Positions 55,913-64,000 of a stretch of 64,000 nt of DNA are shown here, piece by piece (the stretch's first letter is position 1; the number at the start of each line of letters is the position of its first letter). Under the pieces are notes generated by a model. That model saw nothing but the letters and a program-made list of their open reading frames with translations, was not told the DNA's origin and ran no database searches. The DNA is from Octopus vulgaris (taxonomy: Eukaryota): the NCBI GenBank assembly GCA_951406725.2, contig OX597819.1:94302001-94366000 (forward strand). Direction: 5' to 3'. The position numbers were made by a program, and so were the translations under genes.

Positions 55913-56422
55913 TTAATATGATTCAACAATAGCTGTATATATGTACATCCTCAGGTGACCAGAGTCATAGTACTGCTGTATCATCTTTAGTTTCTTTACA
56001 TTATACACACATACCAAAGTACTATTTTTAGCATTCCTCTGACAAAGAGGAACAAGCAAATACAAAAGGATACAAATGTGAAAAACAACAAAAATAAATT
56101 AAGGGAATAGAATTTAAAGAATAAAGAAACCACATAATCATTCCATCTTTAATCACAGACTTGTCTGGAATTTTAGGTAAAAAAAACTGAAGATAATGAT
56201 GTCATAAAAGGAAAAACTTTAACAATTACCCATCGTTTACGTCTGTTACTGTTCCACTTCAAAGAAAACCAGTGGCATATGCTCTGTTCCTTAACTCAGC
56301 GAGATAGCAAAAGCTGACACCTTACAGACTTAATTTTAGATATCCAGTATCACTATCACAGGTTTTACTCTGTTACTTTCCAAGTCATCAAGAAAGTCTA
56401 TTAAACTAACAAATTTACTTGC

Positions 56423-57152
56423 ATGATTCCTAAGTTGGGAGGATGTCTTTATGGGGATGACACTCTTTTCATAGTAGATAATTGTAGTAAAGTTGAAATG
56501 GAGAGATATACAAAGAGATTATTTAAATTATTTAGAAACTGCGAACTGTCTGTAACTATTGAAAACAATTATCCCGTTGTGAATTTTCTCCATCATCATC
56601 ATCATCATAATCATCATTTAGCGTCCATTTTCCGTGCTGGCATGGCTTAGATATTTTGACTGGAACTGTTAAGCCAGAGAACTGCACCAGGCTCCAGTCT
56701 GTTTTGGCTTGGTTTCTGTGGTTGGATGCCCTTCCTAATGCCAACCACTCCATAGAGTGTACTGGGTGTCTTTTACAATGTCACCAGCACAGGTGCTTTT
56801 AATGTGTCACTAACACAGGTGCCTGTTGCATGTCACTGGTATGGATGCCTCTTACCTGTCACCAGCACAGGTGCCTTTTATGTGTCACCAGCATGTGTGC
56901 CTCTTGCGTTTCACTAGCACAGGTGCCTTTTGTGAATGCTTAATTTAAATACTGGCTTATATGAACCATACCATAAACCTAATGCAATGGTATGTCAACA
57001 AAAAATCAAATCACCCACATTCTGTAATAAATGGAATAATGAAGAGTGTATCAAACTGAATATCAAAGCTTTCTGTGAATGAAGTAATATTCAATTCACA
57101 TGCAGAATTTTAAAATGCAATATTAGCTAGTGCAGGATACACTGAAAAAATT
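56423..57152 (+). mobile_element. Penelope-like reverse transcriptase remnant, split by a (CAT)n-tailed retroelement (about 56590-56935)
   Basis: GCLYGDD...RLFKLF...LSVTIENN..VVNFL | LNLNTGLYEPYHKPN..YVNKKSNHP...ISKLS.NE.IFN...AGY, matching PLE GLYRDD / VNFLD / PYxKPN / SNHP motifs. A short related copy lies at about 58745-58850. Confidence 0.8.
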
Positions 57153-57577
57153 CATCATTAGCAATTACCTAAGAATAGTATAATTAATCAATTCAAATAT
57201 AAAAATAAGAACACCAAAATGTATAGAGATTGGCAGTGAACATAAAGAAAATTTAGGTGATAATGTTGAAATTGTGGAAAACAAAGGCTTATACAAATAG
57301 CGGAATAAGAATTACTGAAAATAAAAATTGATATCAAAATAAGGATATCAGAAATAGGAATAAGAAATCTAACTTGAATTCTGATGTTCATGATTCTACC
57401 ATGTATGATTATCGTTACACTAAACTGAATAATAAGTCTAAAACAGGTAACACTACCTTGGGTTTCATGTAATTACAGTTTGTAGCTTTCGGTAATATGT
57501 ATGTATATGTATATATTTGCACACAGACACACACACACAACAGACACACACACACACACACACATACACACACAACA

Positions 57578-57620
<43 letters not shown>

Positions 57621-57758
57621 CAGACACATACACGTATGCCCATATGCACACAAGCACACACACACACAAAACAATAGATGCTAGTTGATTCAAAAGTACA
57701 ATACATTTTTTTTTTAAATGTTCAATTAAAAACCACAAAGAAATATTTTCTGTTCTAG

Positions 57759-57914
57759 GATACCTTGAGGGAAGATTGTGATGCATCTGACGACTGCGAA
57801 AAGAACTGCTGTGTTAGCCCCATTATTGCTCCCGTTTACTTCGTTGTTTTTGTTTTGATGGCGCAGTTTGTCCTAGTCAATGTTGTCGTCGCAGTTCTCA
57901 TGAAGCATCTCGAA
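57759..57914 (+). CDS. Cav3: Cav3 exon: domain IV extracellular loop + IVS6
   Basis: ttctAG acceptor (57757-58), GTaagt donor (57915); 156 nt, phase 0/0. Translates [52 protein letters not shown]. Confidence 0.97.
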
Positions 57915-58668
57915 GTAAGTCAGATATCTGTTATCTTCTTTCTTTTTGGCTACATGTAACATTGATACTCATCTCTTTCAGTTGTTGTTTTTTTTTTAGT
58001 ATATGAGCTTCTATTGGAATTTTCTGTATAACACTATAATGAATGTAGAGGTAAACCAACAAAGTAATTTTTTCAGTATGTTTTGTCTAAAAGTCATGAA
58101 CTAATATCAATTCTTTCAGATACTCAGTCGGGTATTTATTGGTGGAATTACCAAAGGAACTCTCTAAGTAATGTAAAAAAAAAATAACTTCAGGAATTCT
58201 GTGGAATTTATCTGAGATTCTGTCAGGAAAAAAACACAATTCTTTTTTAACTGTTGTTTATCTAAAACAAATAAGTTAATTTGGTCATATATATCAACTA
58301 TATGTATATATTAAATAATATATATAAATAATATATATATATATATATATAAATAAAATATATATATAAATAATATATATATATATAAATAATATATATA
58401 TATAGATATATATATATGTGTGTGTCAGGTATTCATTACGTAACTCAAAGAATTTTAAATGTATAATTTGCACCCTTTTTTTTTTATCTAAATTTACAAA
58501 TTTTATTTGATGCTATGATATACATTTAAAAATTTTCTATTCTGCTTTCTCATGTTATCACAGTAAATTTATTTTTCTCTCAATTGGCAACAATGATGTG
58601 CGTATAAGACCCATAAATGTGTGACAATATGTATGTATGTATCTATGTATGTATCTATGTTTGTATAC

Positions 58669-58731
<63 letters not shown>

Positions 58732-58849
58732 TGTATACAAGACATATTATAAACCTAATATAAAGGTATATCAACAAAAAATCAAATCATCCACATTCAG
58801 TAATAAATGGAATAATGAAAAGTGTGTGTGTCAAATAGAATATCAAGGC

Positions 58850-59055
<206 letters not shown>

Positions 59056-59579
59056 ATGTATGTGTGTGTGTGTGTTCATATTTGTGTGTATGCATAAAGA
59101 TGCTGTAATAGTGATCTGTCTATCTCATAAGTGCATGAAGAAAGAGAACCAAAAACTATTCAAAAGTCGTTGGCACAGTAGAACTGATACAGGTCTGTTA
59201 TGCAGTAACAGGTTATCTAGTCATATAAGGATGGTCAATTGGCAGAATCAATAAAGCAATAAGCAAAATGCAATATTCAGTTGCACACCTTTATATTCTG
59301 AGTTCAAATCCCTCTAAAGCTAACTCTTTTATCCTTTAATGAAATGTGTCAGATAAGTACTGGTGTTGATCTAATCAATTCCATTTGATTACAAGTGTGT
59401 AACAGTGTTTGAGATATATATAAGATATATATGCGTGTGTGTGTTTCTGTATACAAGTGAAGGCATGTGGCTAAGTGGTTTAAGTATTCAGCTCACAATC
59501 ACAAGGCCGTAAGTTCAATTCCAAGCAGTTGTGTCCTTGAGCAAGACATTTTATTTCACATTGCTCCAGTAAATAGTGG

Positions 59580-59780
59580 CCAGCTGGCAGCATTCCATCT
59601 CCACTGTGACAGATCATTTTGAAGATGAACAACAAAGGAAAGAGGAAGAGAAATGACGAGAAAGAAAATGGAGGCTGCAACAACCAAAGCTTCCACCACG
59701 GATCCCTTGTGGGCTTTGCAACAGATGCTTCCATGCAAGAATCGGCCTCATGAGTCATCAGAGGCATAAACATGGACTGA
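59580..59780 (+). mobile_element. RTE-type LINE extreme C-terminus with CCHH zinc knuckle
   Basis: WQHSISTVTDHFEDEQQRKEEEK*RERKWR...CGLCNRCFHARIGLMSHQRHKH; in-frame stop. Confidence 0.7.
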
Positions 59781-60462
59781 GTGGAAGAAGTGGTCAAGAA
59801 GAAACTAAATAAATTATCAGACATACTATAAAATACCAACGACAATATATATATATATATATGTATGTATGTGTGTATGTATATATATATATCATCATCG
59901 TTTAGCGTCCGCTTTCCATGCTAGAATGGGTTGGACAGTTCAGCTGGGGTCTGGGAAGCCTGAAGGCTGCACCAGGCCCAGTCTGATCTGGCACTGTTTC
60001 TACAGCTGGATGCTCTGCCTAACGCCAACCACTCCGTAAGTGTAGTGGGTGCTTTTTATGTGCCACCGGCACAAGTGCCAGACAAGGCTGGCAAACGGCC
60101 ACGATCGGATGGTGCTTTTTACGTGCCACTAGCATGGAGGCCAGGCAATGCTGGCAACGGCCATGATCGGCTGGTGCTTTTTACGTATATATATATATAT
60201 ATATATATATGGAGGTGTGTGGCTTAGTGGTTAGGGTGTCAACATCATGATTGTAAGATTGTGGTTTTGATTCCTGGACCGGGCGACGCATTGTGTTCTT
60301 GAGTAAAACACTTCATTTCACGTTGCTCCAGTCCACTCATCTGGCAAAAATGAGTAACGCTGCGATGGACTGGCATCCCATCCAGCTGGGGAACACATAC
60401 GCCATAGAAACCAGGAAACTGGGCCCATGAGCCTGGCTAGTCTTTAAAAGGGCGCATTTATT

Positions 60463-60519
<57 letters not shown>

Positions 60520-61641
60520 TGCATGACATTTGCATAAATACTTAGAAAAGGAGTGAGAATGTGAACAACAATGATAACATATTATTGGTATGCTATAATT
60601 ATTGACTGCTGGGTTCCATAGGTAATGGCATTTCAGTTTTTATATTAAAGAGCAGAGCAGCAAGAAATCTCAGCATGGAGCTAGACTATAACCCAGCTTG
60701 CTAATAATGTCTGAAGTAGATGCTTTAAACTGTTTGCCCAGACTGACATATTTACTCAATGAACTCCTAACACACAATGAATCAAATGCTATTGTTTTAT
60801 CATCTTCAAATTAACTTCCAGTGTTGCTCTCTTACAGATGCAACTAATAAAAAAAAAATGAAATGTTTACATGTTCATAAGCTTTCAAATACATAAAGAT
60901 TCTTTGTATAGCTAAGTGTTCCTTTGATAGATACAGCAGACAGAAGGGAGAGACCAGTCAAACAGTTGGTGATGTTGAACTTTTACATTGATTAATGATG
61001 CTTCCTTGAAAAGAAAAGAAAAAGAAAAAGAAATAGAGAGATTAACATAAATGCATATAAATATGTGAATGTCTAAATACTTGTTTACAAAATTTTGTCA
61101 CATTACCTCAAAGTTAAACATATATAAAGAGAGATAGATATGTATATGTTCATATGTATATGTATATGTATATGTTCATATGTATGTGCATGTCTATGTG
61201 TATTCATGTGTGTGTGTGTGTGTGTGTTTGAGTTTGTGTAATTATATTTATATGTATACATATATGTTTACATTTATATCTATCTATATCTATATATAAT
61301 TTCAACAATTGAGGGTAAAATTAATTAATTATTAATCAATTTCACCAAGTGTTCAGTATGTAAAGGGACCATTTAAGGCGAATTCAAATTATTACATTAT
61401 ATAAAAGGGCTTAGTAAAATAAATTACTTTGCCACATACTGAACTCATATATATATAGATAGATATAGATATAGATGTATGTATAGGAGTGGCTGTGTGG
61501 TAAGTAGCTTGTTTACCAACCACATAGTTCCAGGGTTCAGTCCCACCACATGGCACCTTGGGCAAGTGTCTTCTACTATAGCCTCAGGCTGACCAAAGCC
61601 TTGTGAGTGGATTTGGTAGACGGAAACTGGGAGAAGCCCAT

Positions 61642-61703
<62 letters not shown>

Positions 61704-62173
61704 GCTATGTGGTAAGAAGCATGCTTACCAACCACATGCTTCCAGGGTCAGCCCCACTTCATGGCACCTTGGGCCAGTGTCTTCCACTATAGCCTCAGGC
61801 CAACCAAAGCTTTGTGACTGGATTTGGTAGACGGAAATTGAAAGAAGTCATTATATATATATGTATGTGTGTGTGTATTTGTCTCCCAACCATCACCTGA
61901 CAACCGATGTTTGTGTGCTCATGTCACCCTCACTTAGTGGTTTGGCAAAAAAGACCGATAGAATAAGTACTAGACTTTCAAAGAATATGTCCTGGGGTTG
62001 ATTTGTTCAACTAAAGGCAGTGCTCCAGCATGGCTGCAGTCAAATGACTGAAACAAATAAAAGAATACAGTCATGCATGCATGTAAACATATAAAACCAC
62101 TCAGACACAAGCACACTCACACATATATCTGTACATATATATAAACATATATACACATTATATATATACATAC

Positions 62174-62210
<37 letters not shown>

Positions 62211-62277
62211 GCATGTATTCTTGTGTGTAAATAAATATGTATATAGATGGTTGTGTGTGTATAGATTTATTTGTATG

Positions 62278-62320
<43 letters not shown>

Positions 62321-62789
62321 CAGTATTAATTCTATTTGATGTTCTCAAATCTTTTCAGAGATCTAAACAGAATATAAAATTGACTATGTTTTCTCTGATA
62401 AATACCCACTCCATAAATGGAGCAAATCATATTTTACTCACTCTCCTTTTTTCTATCTCTTTCATCATATACATACATACATACATACATACATACATAC
62501 AATACAATACATAATACATACATACATACATACATACATGTGTATGTGTACGTGTGTGTGTGTACGTGTGTGTACATGTATATATACATACATTTTATAT
62601 ATGTGTGTGTGTGTGTATGTACATAAAGTACAGGCATGGCAGTGTGGTTAAGAAACCTACTTCACAACTATGTGGTCTTGAGTTCTGTCCCACTGCATAG
62701 CACTTGGCCACTTGTTTTCTACTACAGTAGACTTGGCAGATCGAATCCTTATGAATGGATTTGGTTAATAGAAACTAAAAGAAACCCAT

Positions 62790-62855
<66 letters not shown>

Positions 62856-62869
62856 AATACATATATATG

Positions 62870-63540
62870 TATTTACTTGCAGTTAAATATATGTCCGGTC
62901 ATAGAGCGACCAATGGTTTCACATCCATAAAGCTAAGTGCTTTATAGATGACTCGTCAGACTCTAATGGTAGAGGGCATATAAACCCTCTTCAAATGGAG
63001 GCTGAAATCCATTGTGGTCAGTTAATTTGTCAACAAAGAATAAAATACTGTTTGAGGTTTAGCCAGGATAAGTTATTTCTCTTAGACCAGTTCTGTTGAA
63101 AAAGGATTTCAGGGGTAAACAAGAAATCTCCACCCTTAGGCTATTTCCAATCTGCATGGACTCTTTCCAGTTCTAATCGATGAATGGGGAATCCATTGCC
63201 TGCAGCAGGTAGCATTTGAAATGTCTAGAATTTAAGAGAGATTCTGGGTCAGGGAGTCTTTAAGGATCCTTGTTTGCTCTGCTATGCAAAGTTTGCATCT
63301 TTTGTTCCCATTTATGCAGGACCCCAACTGCTCTGAGATCATCCATTTAATTTCTTATGAGGTTCCTTCATCCTTAAGGTGCTATACATGGCTGGCCAGG
63401 GACGTGACATACTGTCTTTCCAAACCCCTGAAAGACGACCTGTGGTTGTATAAGTGCCACTTAAAGGTAGTTCTGACTGACCCGTTATATTTCTAAACTT
63501 GAGTGCTGGTTGTGTTCATACCACCTCTGAAGTATATACA
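62870..63540 (-). mobile_element. Penelope-like element 3' fragment: GIY-YIG endonuclease remnant + pLTR region
   Basis: Minus translation VYTSEV...KYNGSVRTTFKWHLYNHRSSFR...TSLASHV*HLKD...IKWMI...NGNKRCKLCIAEQTRIL (63200-63540), followed 3' by a hammerhead. Confidence 0.82.
62902..62965 (-). ncRNA. Type-I hammerhead ribozyme
   Basis: Minus strand: UAGAGU-CUGACGA-GU-CAUCUAUAAAGC(ACUUA)GCUUUAUGGAUG-U-GAAA-CC(AUU)G-GUC/GCUCUA. All core nucleotides present; stem I 6 bp, stem II 12 bp, stem III 3 bp; GUC triplet. Confidence 0.85.
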
Positions 63541-63722
63541 TATATCATCATCATCCTCATCATCATCGTTTAATGTCCGCTTTCCATGCTAGCATGGGTT
63601 GGACGATTTTGACTGAGGGCTGGTGAACCAGATGGCTGCATCAGGCTCCAATCTTGATTTGGCAGAGTTTCTACAGCTGGATGCCCTTCCTAATGCCAAC
63701 CACTCCAAGAGTGTAGTATATA

Positions 63723-63753
<31 letters not shown>

Positions 63754-64000
63754 CATCATCATCATCATATATATCAAGATGTACAGAATATGAATGTTTC
63801 TTCATTCATATCTCTTTGGTTTACCCTTCCATAATCATACTGGATCTTCTAAAATAACTGACTTTTTCATTAAGCTGATACTCAAAATATAAATTAACCC
63901 AAGATTCTTGCCTGAAATGAGGCTGGAAGGTTTATCTTGAAATATGAACAGTTTAAAACAAACACTTTTGAATGATAGAATAAAGGGCAGCTTCAGATAT

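Noticed and set aside
59612-59655. Acidic/basic stretch HFEDEQQRKEEEK as the next Cav3 C-terminal exon
   Set aside because: Wrong phase after the nearest AG, an in-frame stop, and it continues into an RTE zinc-knuckle motif. No further Cav3 exon was found before 64000.

Overview
AT-rich, microsatellite- and repeat-saturated animal DNA. The repeat content suggests a coleoid cephalopod, most likely Octopus (inference). The only host gene visible is a T-type voltage-gated calcium channel alpha-1 subunit (Cav3, CACNA1G/H/I family) on the + strand. Six GT-AG exons (38825-57914, 821 nt, phases consistent) encode the end of the III-IV linker and all of domain IV, including the TGDNW pore loop. Positions 1-38824 appear to be one very large intron and 57915-64000 the next intron. 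The introns hold Tc1/mariner elements (D34D, DD37D, DD34E), hAT-, piggyBac- and pogo-like MITEs, a Helitron-like element, RTE and R4/Dong LINE fragments, tRNA-derived SINEs and Penelope-like element (PLE) remnants. The most notable signals are: (1) a core-complete type-I hammerhead ribozyme 3' of a PLE GIY-YIG remnant; (2) two palindromic elements built as tRNA-like head + (AAT)n + minimal hammerhead; (3) a genomic Gln (CAA) at a pore-helix position that is normally Arg in Cav channels, one A-to-I edit away from Arg; (4) perfect intronic hairpins near the IVS4 exons. All calls come from reading the sequence by eye; no searches or folding programs were run.
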